Assembly (NCBI GenBank): GCA_026395295.1
Contig: JAPLYZ010000012.1
Location: 1,299-65,298 of the forward strand
Length of the DNA stretch: 64,000 nucleotides
Source of the DNA: Candidatus Staskawiczbacteria bacterium
GTDB taxonomy: Bacteria > Patescibacteriota > Minisyncoccia > Minisyncoccales > Staskawiczbacteraceae
Direction: 5' to 3'
Shown: piece by piece, positions 47,931-58,609 of the stretch
How positions within the stretch are numbered: the stretch's first letter is position 1
Layout of the letters: each line of letters starts with the position of its first letter
The notes under the pieces: generated by a model
The model's input: the letters and a program-made list of their open reading frames with translations, nothing else
Database searches by the model: none
Told to the model about the DNA's origin: nothing
Translations under genes and position numbers: made by a program

Positions 47931-48025
47931 GTTTAGAATAATTAGGTTAATTAGAATAATTTTTATAATGTATCTTACCACCTTCTTTTCTTTTTTGCAA
48001 TATGTGATAATATAGAGAAACAAAT

Positions 48026-48664
48026 ATGTTTGATATTATTTTAATTTTTCAGTTAATTGTTTTAGTGTTCTCGGTTATGATACACGAAATTGCTCATGGA
48101 AGCGTTGCTTTTTCTTTGGGCGACCCCACAGCAAAAAATGAAGGCAGGTTAACTTTAAATCCCTTAAAGCACATTGATATATTTGGTTCTATTATTTTGC
48201 CGTTGCTGTTACTTTTAAGTTCTGTTTTTTCCGGAGGTCCGGGAATTATTTTTGGCTGGGCAAAACCTGTGCCAATAAACCCCTATAATTTTAAAGACCA
48301 AAAGTGGGGAAGTCTTAAAGTTGCAGTTGCCGGGCCTGCGACAAATTTCGCAGTAGCAATTTTTTTCGGTTTGTTGATAAGATTTTTAAACATTCCTGTA
48401 CAGGATAATTTTTTTCAATTTTTAAGCATAATAGTAATTTACAATTTTTCTCTTGCTTTATTTAATTTGGTTCCAATACCCCCACTTGACGGCTCGCACA
48501 TACTTTTAGGAATCTTCCCAATTTTTTCCAGAAAGGCTATGATTTTTTTGCAACAGTATGGGCTTATTATTTTAGTGTTTGTTCTTTTTTCCGGAGGATT
48601 TTATTTTCTAAATGGCATTATTGTATGGTTATTTCAGCTGACAACAGGCGTAAACCTGTTTTAA
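48026..48664 (+). CDS. site-2 protease family (peptidase M50) membrane metalloprotease
   Basis: HEIAHG (HExxH) in TM1 and NLVPIPPLDGSH (NxxPxxxLDG). Confidence 0.8.
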   Translation: MFDIILIFQLIVLVFSVMIHEIAHGSVAFSLGDPTAKNEGRLTLNPLKHIDIFGSIILPLLLLLSSVFSGGPGIIFGWAKPVPINPYNFKDQKWGSLKVAVAGPATNFAVAIFFGLLIRFLNIPVQDNFFQFLSIIVIYNFSLALFNLVPIPPLDGSHILLGIFPIFSRKAMIFLQQYGLIILVFVLFSGGFYFLNGIIVWLFQLTTGVNLF

Positions 48665-48703
48665 TATTGACTTTATTTTTTAATTTTGCTAACATATCTA
48701 ATT

Positions 48704-49117
48704 ATGCCAACAATACATCAACTAATTAAGAAAAACAGAAAACCTGTAAAAGCGCGCAGAAAAACAGTCGCCTTAGATTTTGGTTTTAATGTTTTAAGAA
48801 ACAGGCCGTCAAACTATCATTCTCCTTTTAAAAGAGGAGTTTGCATAAAAGTTTTTACCCAAACGCCCAAAAAACCAAACTCAGCTTTGAGAAAAGTTGC
48901 CAGAGTCAAATTATCAAACGGAATGGAAGTTACAGCCTATATTCCTGGCGAAGGGCACAATTTACAAGAGCACTCAATTGTTTTGATAAGAGGCGGAAGA
49001 GTTAAAGACTTGCCGGGAGTAAGATATCACATTGTTAGAGGAGTTTTGGACACAGCCGGAGTTGAGAACAGAAAACAAGAGAGATCAAAATATGGAACTA
49101 AAAAAGTAAAAGCATAA
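48704..49117 (+). CDS. rpsL: 30S ribosomal protein S12
   Basis: [14 protein letters not shown]...[14 protein letters not shown]...[15 protein letters not shown]. Confidence 0.95.
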   Translation: MPTIHQLIKKNRKPVKARRKTVALDFGFNVLRNRPSNYHSPFKRGVCIKVFTQTPKKPNSALRKVARVKLSNGMEVTAYIPGEGHNLQEHSIVLIRGGRVKDLPGVRYHIVRGVLDTAGVENRKQERSKYGTKKVKA

Positions 49118-49121
49118 ACCC

Positions 49122-49586
49122 ATGAGAAGAGCTTACAAAAAACATAAAGTGGCGCCAGACGGAACCTACAACGACGTGTCTGTGGCGCAATTCATAAACA
49201 AGGTAATGAAAGGAGGCAAAAAAACAATTGCTCAAAAAATTGTTTATGGAGCTTTTAATATAATAAAAGAAAAAACCAAAAAAGAACCTTTGGAGATTTT
49301 TAGATTGGCAATTGAAAACGCTTCGCCCCTTTTAGAAGTAAAACCAAAAAGAATTGGAGGAGCAACTTATCAGGTTCCTATGGAAGTGCGAGGTGAGAGG
49401 AAATTAGCTTTGGCAACAAAATGGATTTTAGATGGAGCCAGAAGCAAGAAAGGAAAACCAATGGCAGAAAAATTAGCTCAAGAATTGATTGACGCTTCAA
49501 CCAACCAGGGCGGCGCAATAAAAAAGAAAGCAGACACTCACCGTATGGCCGAAGCCAACAAAGCCTTTGCCCACTTCGCCCGCTAA
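49122..49586 (+). CDS. rpsG: 30S ribosomal protein S7
   Basis: [14 protein letters not shown]...[12 protein letters not shown]...NKAFAHF. str operon position. Confidence 0.95.
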   Translation: MRRAYKKHKVAPDGTYNDVSVAQFINKVMKGGKKTIAQKIVYGAFNIIKEKTKKEPLEIFRLAIENASPLLEVKPKRIGGATYQVPMEVRGERKLALATKWILDGARSKKGKPMAEKLAQELIDASTNQGGAIKKKADTHRMAEANKAFAHFAR

Positions 49587-49704
49587 TTTATGCTCGTAAC
49601 AAAAAGATGTCACTTGTTATCGCTATCGCGAATACAACTGCATTCTAGTTTATATCAATCATTTCAAATTGATTTTAATTTTCAAATTTTAAATTCTAAA
49701 TTTT

Positions 49705-51780
49705 ATGTCTAGAGTTCATCCTTTAGAAACTTTAAGAAACATTGGTATTATTGCTCACATTGACGCAGGAAAAACTACTTTTTCCGAGCGACTTTTATTT
49801 TATACGGGGACTAGCCACAAAATTGGAGAGGTTCACGAGGGCGACACTGTTATGGATTGGATGGTGCAGGAAAGAGAGCGCGGAATTACAATTACTGCAG
49901 CCGCTACCACAATGTATTGGAAAAATCATCAGATAAACCTAATTGACACCCCTGGGCATATAGACTTTACTGCCGAGGTTCAAAGAAGCTTGCGCGTGCT
50001 TGACGGCGCAGTTGTTGTTTTTGACGGAGTTGCCGGAGTTGAGCCACAGTCGGAAACAGTTTGGAGGCAGGCAGACAAATATAATGTGCCGAGGGTTTGC
50101 TTTGTAAATAAATTAGACAGAATGGGAGCAAGCTTTGAAAAAAGTTTTCAGTCAATTTTGAATAAATTGACTCCCAACGCCATTGCCGTAAGCTTGCCCA
50201 TGGGTTTAGAAGAAAAATTGTCTGGAGTTATTGATTTGATAAAAATGAAGGCCTTGTATTTTGAAGGAGACAAAGGAATTCAGATTATTGAAAAAGAAAT
50301 CCCCGAAGAGTGGAAAGCAGAAGCCGAAGCCTGGCACAAGAAAATGGTAGAGAAAATCGCCGGAGAAGATAACACCTTAACAGAAAAGTTTTTGGAAGGA
50401 AAAGAAATCTCAGTTCAAGAGTTAAAAAATGTTTTGAGAAAATCAGTTTTGAATTATAAAATAGTGCCGGTTTTTTGCGGAAGCGCTTTGAAAAACAAGG
50501 GAGTGCAGACAATTTTAGACGCAGTTGTTGATTATTTGCCCTCGCCCTTGGATTTGCCCGCGCAAAAAGGAATTGACCCTAAAACCGGAGCCACCATTGA
50601 GAAAAAAGCATCAGACGACGAGCCGTTTGCAGCTTTGGTTTTTAAAATTGCCACAGACCCGTTTGTGGGAACTTTGACTTATTTTAGAATTTATTCGGGA
50701 GTTTTGAAAAAAGGCTCTTATGTGTTGAATGCCAACAACGGAGAACAGGAAAGAATTTCCCGAATTTTAAGAATGCACGCTGATGAAAGGCAGGAGTTGG
50801 ATTTATTGTGCGCCGGAGAAATTGGAGCTACAGTTGGATTGAAAGCCACCAGCACGGGAAACACATTGTGCGACAAAGACCACCCGGTTATTTTAGAAAA
50901 AATTGTCTTTCCGGAACCGGTTATTGGAATTAGGGTGGAGCCAAAAACAAAAGTTGATCAGGAAAAACTTATTATGTCTATCCGCAAGCTTACTGAAGAA
51001 GACCCAACTTTTAGAATTAAAGAAGATATTGAAACCGGAGAAACAATTATTTCCGGCATGGGAGAATTGCACTTAGATATTATTGCCGACAGGTTGAAGA
51101 GAGAGTTTCACGTTGAGGCAAACTATGGCAGACCTCAGGTAGCTTACAAAGAAACAATAACAGCCGAAGCCGAGGGCGAGGAAAAATATGTCAGGCAGTC
51201 CGGAGGAAAAGGACAATATGGACACGTTTTACTGAGAGTTAAGCCAAAGGAAAGGGGCGCCGGATTTGAATTTGTTGATGAAATCAAAGGAGGGTCAATT
51301 CCAAAAGAGTTTATTAAGCCGGTTGAAAAAGGAATTGTGGAAGCAATGGACAAAGGAGTTGTTGCCGGCTACCCAATGGTTGATGTTGAGGTTACTTTGT
51401 ACGACGGAAGCTTCCACGAAGTTGACTCTTCGGAATTTGCTTTCAAGATTGCCGGCTCTATGGCCTTCCAGCAGGCGGCTAAAAAAGCAAGGCCGGTTAT
51501 TTTGGAGCCGGTTATGAAAATGGAAGTTGTTACTCCGGAAGATTTTTTTGGACAAGTTATTTCTGACTTAAGTTCAAGAAGAGGGCAGATTAAAGAAACA
51601 TCGGAAAGAGTTGGAATGAAAGTTATTGATGCCGTGGTTCCGCTGTCGGAAACATTTGGATATGCCACGTCAATCCGTTCGTTAACAGAAGGAAGAGCAA
51701 GTTTTACAATGGAATTTAACAGTTATGAAAACGTACCTTCAAATATAGCCCAGGAAATTGTGGAAGGAAAAAGAAAGTAA
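49705..51780 (+). CDS. fusA: elongation factor G
   Basis: [23 protein letters not shown] and NKLDR GTPase motifs. 691 aa. Confidence 0.95.
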   Translation: MSRVHPLETLRNIGIIAHIDAGKTTFSERLLFYTGTSHKIGEVHEGDTVMDWMVQERERGITITAAATTMYWKNHQINLIDTPGHIDFTAEVQRSLRVLDGAVVVFDGVAGVEPQSETVWRQADKYNVPRVCFVNKLDRMGASFEKSFQSILNKLTPNAIAVSLPMGLEEKLSGVIDLIKMKALYFEGDKGIQIIEKEIPEEWKAEAEAWHKKMVEKIAGEDNTLTEKFLEGKEISVQELKNVLRKSVLNYKIVPVFCGSALKNKGVQTILDAVVDYLPSPLDLPAQKGIDPKTGATIEKKASDDEPFAALVFKIATDPFVGTLTYFRIYSGVLKKGSYVLNANNGEQERISRILRMHADERQELDLLCAGEIGATVGLKATSTGNTLCDKDHPVILEKIVFPEPVIGIRVEPKTKVDQEKLIMSIRKLTEEDPTFRIKEDIETGETIISGMGELHLDIIADRLKREFHVEANYGRPQVAYKETITAEAEGEEKYVRQSGGKGQYGHVLLRVKPKERGAGFEFVDEIKGGSIPKEFIKPVEKGIVEAMDKGVVAGYPMVDVEVTLYDGSFHEVDSSEFAFKIAGSMAFQQAAKKARPVILEPVMKMEVVTPEDFFGQVISDLSSRRGQIKETSERVGMKVIDAVVPLSETFGYATSIRSLTEGRASFTMEFNSYENVPSNIAQEIVEGKRK

Positions 51781-51790
51781 CAATAGCAAT

Positions 51791-51856
51791 TGTTATCCCC
51801 GCGGAGGCGGGGATCCAGGTTTTAAATCTGGATTCCCAATCAAGTTGGGAATGACA
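51791..51856. repeat. composite family-1 palindromic element
   Basis: tgttatccccgcggaggcggggatccagg-ttttaaat-ctggattcccaatcaagttgggaatgaca. Confidence 0.85.
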
Positions 51857-51908
51857 AGTTTAATAATTTTATAAAAAAAGAGCCCGGCGAAAATCGCAAG
51901 GCTATAGG

Positions 51909-52100
51909 TTAATCTGGACGCTTTTCAATGTGTGGCGCGGGTTCCTGTTCGGTAATTTCTTTCTTGAATATGAAATAGGTGTTGTGCTCTGTATCTTTCA
52001 ATGCCACACAAAGTTCCCATCCCTCGTCTCCGAATCCATTAAGTCTGTTTTCGGTTATCACTCCCTCCTGCATGAGTATCTGGTATTTCCATTTTTTCAT
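51909..52100 (-). CDS. DUF4177-like small protein, antisense between fusA and tuf
   Basis: MKKWKYQILMQEGVITENRLNGFGDEGWELCVALKDTEHNTYFIFKKE fits the DUF4177 pattern. Start taken at the internal Met (52100). Confidence 0.5.
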   Translation of the reverse strand: MKKWKYQILMQEGVITENRLNGFGDEGWELCVALKDTEHNTYFIFKKEITEQEPAPHIEKRPD

Positions 52101-52186
52101 AACATTCCATTGGTTAAAGTTGTAAACGAACTGCAATTATAGTATAATCAAAATGTTGGCATAGTCAAGTTTTTCACGGGAAGCAC

Positions 52187-52215
52187 TTGACTTAGACAAA
52201 ATAATATAATAAGAT
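52187..52215 (+). promoter_or_regulatory. candidate tuf promoter
   Basis: TTGACT (52187-52192), 17-nt spacer, TAAGAT (52210-52215). The leader is then made of atttcaaat-type repeats. Confidence 0.45.
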
Positions 52216-52230
52216 AAGCAAACATTAAAA

Positions 52231-52303
52231 ATTTCAAATTTCTAATTTCAAATTTCTAATCAATTTCAAATTGATTTCAAATTTCAAATTTCTAATTTCA
52301 AAT
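52231..52303. repeat. AT-rich caaattt-type repeat leader of tuf (23-mer direct repeat)
   Basis: atttcaaatttctaatttcaaat occurs exactly at 52231-52253 and 52281-52303, flanking tcaatttcaaattga. Confidence 0.8.
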
Positions 52304-52310
52304 TATCGCT

Positions 52311-53507
52311 ATGGCTACAGAAAAATTTGAGAGGTCAAAACCTCACGTTAACGTTGGTACTATCGGCCACGTTGACCACGGAAAAACAACATTGTCAGCC
52401 GCAATTATGAAAGTTTCAAAATTGCGCGGTTTTAGGTCTTCTGACAAAGACGTTGACCAAATTGATGCTTCGCCTGAAGAAAAAGCCAGAGGCGTGACAA
52501 TTTCCATTACTCACTTGGAATTTGAGACAGCAAAAAGGCATTATGCTTTAATTGACTGCCCCGGACACGCTGACTACATTAAGAACATGATTACGGGAGC
52601 CGCTCAAATGGACGGCGGAATACTTTTGGTTTCTGCTCCAGACGGCCCAATGCCTCAAACTAAAGAGCACATTCTTTTGGCTCGCCAGGTAGGCTTGCCA
52701 TCTTTGGTTGTGTTTATGAATAAATGCGATATGGTTGACGACCCTGAAATTTTGGATTTGGTTGAATCGGAAGTTCGAGAGCTGTTGAAGAAAAATGGCT
52801 TCCCGGGAGACGAAACACCGGTTATCAGAGGTTCTGCCACAAAAGCATTGGAAGCAACTTCAGTTGAAGATGCGGCAGTGAAACCAATTATTGAATTATT
52901 AGACGCAGTTGACAACTATATTCCCGAGCCAAAAAGAGAATTAGATAAACCATTTGCTATGGCTGTTGAAGACGTATTTTCAATTGAAGGAAGGGGAACA
53001 GTGGCAACAGGAAGAATTGAAAGAGGAGTTGTTCATCCAAACGATGAAGTTGAAATAATTGGTATCAGACCAACCCAAAAAACAGTCGTTGTTTCGGTTG
53101 AAATGTTCCAAAAGTCTTTGGACGAAGGAAGAGCAGGAGACAACGTCGGAATTTTGTTAAGAGGTTTGAAAAAAGAAGACATAGAGAGAGGACAAGTTAT
53201 CTGCAAACCGGGTTCCATTACTCCTCACACTGAATTCGTTGGCGAAGTCTATGTTTTGTCAAAAGATGAAGGAGGAAGACACACTCCGTTTTTCTCAGGA
53301 TACAAACCTCAGCTCTACATTCGAACATCTGATATTACAGGCGACGTAACCTTGCCCGAAGGCACAGAAATGGTAATGCCAGGAGACACAGCCAACTTAA
53401 ATGTTAAACTGATCGTACCGGTTGCTTTGGAAGAAAAAGGCAGATTTGCAATTAGAGAAGGCGGAAAAACAGTCGGAGCAGGAGTTGTAACAAAAATTAC
53501 CAAGTAA
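52311..53507 (+). CDS. tuf: elongation factor Tu
   Basis: [17 protein letters not shown] and NKCD motifs. 398 aa. Confidence 0.95.
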   Translation: MATEKFERSKPHVNVGTIGHVDHGKTTLSAAIMKVSKLRGFRSSDKDVDQIDASPEEKARGVTISITHLEFETAKRHYALIDCPGHADYIKNMITGAAQMDGGILLVSAPDGPMPQTKEHILLARQVGLPSLVVFMNKCDMVDDPEILDLVESEVRELLKKNGFPGDETPVIRGSATKALEATSVEDAAVKPIIELLDAVDNYIPEPKRELDKPFAMAVEDVFSIEGRGTVATGRIERGVVHPNDEVEIIGIRPTQKTVVVSVEMFQKSLDEGRAGDNVGILLRGLKKEDIERGQVICKPGSITPHTEFVGEVYVLSKDEGGRHTPFFSGYKPQLYIRTSDITGDVTLPEGTEMVMPGDTANLNVKLIVPVALEEKGRFAIREGGKTVGAGVVTKITK

Positions 53508-53516
53508 TTTCCAATC

Positions 53517-53897
53517 ATGCCAGCATTAAAAGAAAAGAAAGTTGTAACTAAAAAGAAAGCGGCAAAAAAGGATGAGGTTAAAGTTCCGGAAGCGGGGCTG
53601 AAGCTTCGCATAAAGCTGAAAGCATACGACCACAAAATAATTGATAATTCCGCTAAGCAGATAATTGATATTGCCAGCAGATATGGAGCCGAAGTTTTGG
53701 GTCCTGTGCCACTGCCAACAGAAATTTTGAAATATACTGTAAACCGATCAAGCTTTGTGCACAAGAACGCCAGAGAGCAATTTGAGATGAGGGTTCACAA
53801 AAGAATTATTGATATTATAAACCCTAATCAGGAAATTATAGAATCGCTAAGAGACCTGAATTTGCCTTCCGGTGTTGACATTACCATCAAGATATAA
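53517..53897 (+). CDS. rpsJ: 30S ribosomal protein S10 (with Lys-rich N-terminal extension)
   Basis: [22 protein letters not shown]...GPVPLPT...HKRIIDI. Confidence 0.9.
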   Translation: MPALKEKKVVTKKKAAKKDEVKVPEAGLKLRIKLKAYDHKIIDNSAKQIIDIASRYGAEVLGPVPLPTEILKYTVNRSSFVHKNAREQFEMRVHKRIIDIINPNQEIIESLRDLNLPSGVDITIKI

Positions 53898-54017
53898 TAA
53901 GATACTTAATTAGATAAAATCTAATCAAAAGCGCGATAGTTAAATTACCTCGCAAGGGCGGGGGTAACAACATTGCTATATGCGCTGGGCAATCCGCCCA
54001 GCTTTTAGTTAAAAAAT

Positions 54018-54626
54018 ATGAAGTATATACTCGGTAAAAAACTTGGAATGTCGCAGATGTTTGATAAAAAAGGCAAATTGACGCCGGTGACTTTGATTGT
54101 AGCGGGACCTTGTTATGTTTTGCAGAAAAAAAATAAAGAAAAAGAAGGATACGATGCGTTGCAGATTGGTTTTAAAAAAATAGAGAAAAAAAGCAAGATA
54201 GGGAAGTCAATGAAAGGCAAGGAGTATAAAAATATAAAAGAGTACAGAGAAAAATTAGTGAAGTCCGACTTAACCAAATCTAATGTGGGAGATGAGATAA
54301 ATGTTTCTGCCTTTCAGGAAGGAGATATTGTAAAAGTTTCCGGTTTATCAAAGGGAAAAGGATTTCAGGGCGGAGTAAAGAGACACGGCATGCATGGAAG
54401 AAACGCCACTCATGGAGTGAAGCACGAGCATAGAACAATAGGTTCAACCGGAACCAGGTTTCCTCAACACGTTATGAAAGGAAGAAGAATGCCGGGCCGC
54501 ATGGGGTTTGAGAATGTTACAGTCAAAAATTTGAAAATAATGAAAGTTGATAAAGAAAATAATTTATTGGTTATTAAAGGAGCAGTGCCCGGAAACGAAA
54601 GCACATTATTGGAAATCCGCGGATAA
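54018..54626 (+). CDS. rplC: 50S ribosomal protein L3
   Basis: ILGKKLGMSQMFD...GKGFQGGVKRHG..., S10 operon order. Confidence 0.9.
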   Translation: MKYILGKKLGMSQMFDKKGKLTPVTLIVAGPCYVLQKKNKEKEGYDALQIGFKKIEKKSKIGKSMKGKEYKNIKEYREKLVKSDLTKSNVGDEINVSAFQEGDIVKVSGLSKGKGFQGGVKRHGMHGRNATHGVKHEHRTIGSTGTRFPQHVMKGRRMPGRMGFENVTVKNLKIMKVDKENNLLVIKGAVPGNESTLLEIRG

Positions 54627-54644
54627 TTTAAAGTCAAAATTAAT

Positions 54645-55274
54645 ATGAAATATGCAGTTTACAATCAAGAAGGAGCAGAACTGGAAAAGATAACCTTGCC
54701 CAAGGAAATTTTTGATGTAAAGTTCAATGCTGATTTAGTCCACCAGATTTCAGTCTCTTTGTCGGCCAACAAACGCCAAATTTCAGCCCACACCAAAAAC
54801 CGGGGCGAGGTTGCCGGCGGAGGCAAAAAACCGTGGAGGCAGAAAGGAACAGGCAGATCGAGGCATGGGTCAATTCGCTCTCCATTATGGAAGGGCGGGG
54901 GAATTACTCACGGTCCAAGAGCGGAAAGAATTTTTGAAAAAGAGGTTCCTAAAAAAATGAGAAGAAAAGCCTTGTTTATGGTGTTGAGCCAGAAAGCAAA
55001 GGATAACCAATTGGTGGTTCTGGATAAAATACAGCTTGAAAAAGGAAAAACAAAAGAAATGGCAGGTTCCCTTGCCAAATTACCATGCAAACAGAACAGC
55101 ACATTAATTGCATTGCCAAATTACGATAAGAAGATATTTTTAGCTTCAAGAAATATAAAAAAGACATTCATTGAAGATGCAAGAAATTTAAATGTTTTAG
55201 ATTTATTGAATACAAAATATTTATTACTGACAAAAGAGAGCATTATGACTTTAAAAAATACTTTTTTAAAGTAA
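54645..55274 (+). CDS. rplD: 50S ribosomal protein L4
   Basis: GGGKKPWRQKGTGRSRHGSIRSPLWKGGG. Confidence 0.9.
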   Translation: MKYAVYNQEGAELEKITLPKEIFDVKFNADLVHQISVSLSANKRQISAHTKNRGEVAGGGKKPWRQKGTGRSRHGSIRSPLWKGGGITHGPRAERIFEKEVPKKMRRKALFMVLSQKAKDNQLVVLDKIQLEKGKTKEMAGSLAKLPCKQNSTLIALPNYDKKIFLASRNIKKTFIEDARNLNVLDLLNTKYLLLTKESIMTLKNTFLK

Positions 55275-55310
55275 TTTCAAATTAAAAATTTCAAATTTCA
55301 AATTTATAGT

Positions 55311-55778
55311 ATGGCATTATTAGATTTTTTAAAAAATAAAAAACAGGCTGAGAAAGCAAAAAAACCCGCCTCCGCAAAAAGCTATGGAGAGGCAAAGCCG
55401 GCTAAAAAAGCTGAGAAGGTTTCAAATGTAAAGAAACCCGCCCAAAAGGCAAAACCTATTGAGGCGGGCCCGCAACAATCTCGCCAGAAGGCGAGTTTGG
55501 GCAGGTTTTCATACGAGGCCATAAAACAGCCGCATATATCGGAAAAGGCCAGTTATCTAGCAGAAAAAGATCAATACATATTTGACGTTCTGCCAAATTA
55601 TAACAAAAACGAAATTAAAAATTCAGTAGAAGGAATTTACGGAGTAGATGTTTTGTCAGTTAACATAATAAAAATTCCGGCAAAAAAGAGAAGATTAGGC
55701 AGGACAGAAGGATTTAGAAAAGCTTACAAAAAGGCAATTGTTAAAATTAAAAATGGTCAAAAAATAGAAATACTTTAA
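55311..55778 (+). CDS. rplW: 50S ribosomal protein L23 (with ~60-aa Lys/Ala-rich N-terminal extension)
   Basis: The C-terminal half IKQPHISEKA...YIFDV...NKNEIKNSVEGIYGVDVLSVN is L23-like. Confidence 0.85.
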   Translation: MALLDFLKNKKQAEKAKKPASAKSYGEAKPAKKAEKVSNVKKPAQKAKPIEAGPQQSRQKASLGRFSYEAIKQPHISEKASYLAEKDQYIFDVLPNYNKNEIKNSVEGIYGVDVLSVNIIKIPAKKRRLGRTEGFRKAYKKAIVKIKNGQKIEIL

Positions 55779-56602
55779 TGAAAACGTATAAGCCAACAAC
55801 ACCAGCGAGAAGGGGCATGACGGGAATAGATTTCTCACAACTCACAAAAAAGGGTCCGGAGAAAAGTCTTTTGAAATATGTGAGAAGAAGTGTTGGCAGG
55901 GGGAGTTCGGGCAGAATAACAGTAAGGCACAGAGGAGGAGGAGTTAAAAGACTGTACAGGGTTATTGAATTTTCGCAAACAAAGATGAACGCTCCGGCAA
56001 AAATTATTGCTTTAGAATATGACCCAAATAGAACAGCCTTTATTGCTTTGGCGGAATATGCAGATAAAACAAAACAGTACATAATAGCTCCGCAAGATTT
56101 GAAGGTTGGGCAAGAAATTATTTTTTCAGAAACAGCCCCGTTAATTTCCGGAAACAGAACAAAGTTAAAGAATGTACCGGTTGGTACAGCAGTTTATAAT
56201 ATTGAATTAGAGCCCGGGAAAGGCGGTAAAACCGTAAGGTCAGCAGGATCTTCGGCTCAAATATTGGCGCACGATGGAGATCACGTAAACCTGAAAATGC
56301 CATCTACAGAAATTAGAAGATTTTTAGGCGAATGCTTTGCTTCAATTGGAATGGTCTCAAATCCGGAAAACAGGTTTTACAGAATAGGTAAGGCTGGAAA
56401 ATCAAGACATAAGGGCAGAAGACCGCATGTTAGAGGCTCGGCCATGAACCCGGTAGATCATCCACACGGAGGAGGCGAGGGCAGACAGCCAATTGGTTTG
56501 AAGCATCCGAAAACTCCATGGGGCAGACCGGCCCTGGGAGTGAAGACAAGAAATAAAAAGAAATGGTCAAGCAAATTAATTATTAGCAGGCGTAAAAAAT
56601 AG
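55778..56602 (+). CDS. rplB: 50S ribosomal protein L2
   Basis: [11 protein letters not shown]...[17 protein letters not shown]. Confidence 0.95.
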   Translation: MKTYKPTTPARRGMTGIDFSQLTKKGPEKSLLKYVRRSVGRGSSGRITVRHRGGGVKRLYRVIEFSQTKMNAPAKIIALEYDPNRTAFIALAEYADKTKQYIIAPQDLKVGQEIIFSETAPLISGNRTKLKNVPVGTAVYNIELEPGKGGKTVRSAGSSAQILAHDGDHVNLKMPSTEIRRFLGECFASIGMVSNPENRFYRIGKAGKSRHKGRRPHVRGSAMNPVDHPHGGGEGRQPIGLKHPKTPWGRPALGVKTRNKKKWSSKLIISRRKK

Positions 56603-56604
56603 AC

Positions 56605-56946
56605 ATGTCAAGAAGCTTAAAAAAGGGACCATATATTGACGAAAGATTATTAGAGAAGGTTTTGAGTTTGAGAAAAGACGAAAAGAAAATTATCAAAACC
56701 TGGGCAAGACATTCTACGATTTCTCCGGAAATGGTTGGACACACGTTTGGCGTGCATAATGGGAAAGAGTTTGTGGCCGTATATGTTTCGGAGGATATGG
56801 TGGGGCACAAATTAGGAGAATTTTCACCAACAACAAAATTTTCAAGACATGGAGGCAGAATGCAAAGAGAAATAGAAGCCGGGGCAGATCAGAAAGAAGC
56901 GGCAAAAGCAGCGGCAGAAGTTAAAGCGCCAGCTGCTAAAAAATAA
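56605..56946 (+). CDS. rpsS: 30S ribosomal protein S19 (with Ala/Lys-rich C-terminal extension)
   Basis: [11 protein letters not shown]...[10 protein letters not shown]...[10 protein letters not shown]. Confidence 0.9.
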   Translation: MSRSLKKGPYIDERLLEKVLSLRKDEKKIIKTWARHSTISPEMVGHTFGVHNGKEFVAVYVSEDMVGHKLGEFSPTTKFSRHGGRMQREIEAGADQKEAAKAAAEVKAPAAKK

Positions 56947-56948
56947 AC

Positions 56949-57323
56949 ATGGAAATCAAAGCAAAATTAAGCAATTTAAGAACATCGCCAAGAAAAGTGA
57001 GACAGGTGATTGACTTGGTGAGAGGAAAGAAGGTGCCCCAGGCTCAGTCCATACTTTTGTTTACGGTGAATAAATCAGCCAGAAACATTTTGAAGCTTTT
57101 GAATTCGGCAGTGGCTTCAGCAAAACACGATTTTCAATTAGATGAACAAAATTTATTTATTTCTAAAATTACCGTTGACGAAGGTCCAAAATTGAAAAGG
57201 TGGCATCCAATGTCAAGAGGAAGAGCATATCCTATTATAAAAAGGAGTTCGCATATTGCCTTGATATTATCAGAAAATAAACCAGTTGTTAAAGATAAAA
57301 AAAATAAATCAGATAAAAAATAG
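56949..57323 (+). CDS. rplV: 50S ribosomal protein L22
   Basis: LRTSPRKVRQVIDLVRGK...VDEGP.LKRW.P.SRGRA. Confidence 0.9.
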   Translation: MEIKAKLSNLRTSPRKVRQVIDLVRGKKVPQAQSILLFTVNKSARNILKLLNSAVASAKHDFQLDEQNLFISKITVDEGPKLKRWHPMSRGRAYPIIKRSSHIALILSENKPVVKDKKNKSDKK

Positions 57324-57325
57324 CC

Positions 57326-57994
57326 ATGGCACACAAGGTTCACCCAAAATCATTCAGAATAAAAGGAACAGAAGATTGGAATATCCGCGGTTTTTATGGT
57401 AGAAAAATGCCTCAATTCTTAGAGGAGGACTTTTTGGTGAAAGATTTTTTAAGGAAGAAATTTGTGGAAGCATCGGTGGCCAACATACAAATAGAACACT
57501 CTGCTAATAAATTTAATATTATAATTGAAACAGCAAGACCTGGTTTGATTATCGGCAGGGGCGGAGGCGGAATAGACACTTTGAAAAAAGAAATAGAAGA
57601 TAAAATTAGGAGAAAAATAAAGAATAGGCCCGTTGTCAAAGGGTCCCCGCGAGAGATAAAGATAGAAATTAGAGAGGTAAAAAATCCATGGATTTCAGCT
57701 GCGCTGGTCGCCCAGATGGCTGCTCAACAGATTGAAAAACGTATGCCTTTTAGGCAAGTTTTGAAAAAAACAATTGAAAGAGTTATGACAAACAGAGAAG
57801 CAAAAGGTATAAGAATGGAGGTGGCGGGGCGTCTTAATGGGATAGAAATCGCCAGACGCGAGTGGCTGGGTCAAGGCAGGTTGCCAAGGAATACAATAAG
57901 GGCAGACATTGATTACGCGCAAGATGAGGCCCAATGCACATACGGTAAAATAGGAATAAAGGTTTGGATATATAAAGGAGATAAATTTGAATAA
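57326..57994 (+). CDS. rpsC: 30S ribosomal protein S3
   Basis: MAHKVHPKSFRI...KH domain...GRLNGIEIAR.EW...G.LP..T..A.IDY. Confidence 0.9.
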   Translation: MAHKVHPKSFRIKGTEDWNIRGFYGRKMPQFLEEDFLVKDFLRKKFVEASVANIQIEHSANKFNIIIETARPGLIIGRGGGGIDTLKKEIEDKIRRKIKNRPVVKGSPREIKIEIREVKNPWISAALVAQMAAQQIEKRMPFRQVLKKTIERVMTNREAKGIRMEVAGRLNGIEIARREWLGQGRLPRNTIRADIDYAQDEAQCTYGKIGIKVWIYKGDKFE

Positions 57995-58000
57995 AAAAAC

Positions 58001-58420
58001 ATGAGCATACTAATGCCGAAAAAAGTTAAACACAGGAAATGGCACAAAGGCGTTTCCAAGGGAGTTGAAAACAGAGCAACTGAAATTAATTTCGGCAGTT
58101 TTGCATTGAAATCGTTAGACACAAAATGGATTACAGCAAGGCAGCTAGAAGCAGCCAGGCGTTATATAATAAGATATTTGAAAAAAGGCGGAAAGCTCTG
58201 GGTAAGAGTTTTTCCTGACAAGCCGGTTACTTTCAAGGGGGCTGAAGTTGGAATGGGGGGTGGAAAAGGAGGAGTTGACCATTATGTTTACGCTGTGAGA
58301 CCGGGAAGAATAATCTTTGAATTGGATGGGTTGAAAGAAGACGTATCTAAAGAAGCCCTGGAAGGAGCAGGGAATAAGTTGCCAATTAAGACAAAATTTG
58401 TTAAAAAAGACAATATATAG
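58001..58420 (+). CDS. rplP: 50S ribosomal protein L16
   Basis: MPKKVKHRKWHKG...ITARQLEAARR...KLWVRVFPDKP.T.K..E..MG.GKG. Confidence 0.9.
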   Translation: MSILMPKKVKHRKWHKGVSKGVENRATEINFGSFALKSLDTKWITARQLEAARRYIIRYLKKGGKLWVRVFPDKPVTFKGAEVGMGGGKGGVDHYVYAVRPGRIIFELDGLKEDVSKEALEGAGNKLPIKTKFVKKDNI

Positions 58421-58423
58421 ACC

Positions 58424-58609
58424 ATGAAAACCGTAGAGCTTCGAAAAAAAGACAAAAAGGAATTGGAAAAACTGGCGCATGAGTTAAGAAAAAAACTAAG
58501 CGATCTTAGGTTTAAATTTTCGTCCGGTAAATTGAAGAATGTTAAAGAGATTAACAGTTCAAAAAAAGAGTTGGCAAGAATATTAACTATCATCAAAGAG
58601 CATGTCTAA
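58424..58609 (+). CDS. rpmC: 50S ribosomal protein L29
   Basis: 61-aa helical protein LRKKDKKELEKLAHELRKKLSDLRF, in the correct operon position. Confidence 0.85.
   Translation: MKTVELRKKDKKELEKLAHELRKKLSDLRFKFSSGKLKNVKEINSSKKELARILTIIKEHV

Noticed and set aside
53315-53764. 149-aa minus-strand ORF spanning the tuf 3' end and rpsJ 5' end
   Set aside because: It is antisense to two universally conserved genes, which makes it a classic shadow ORF.
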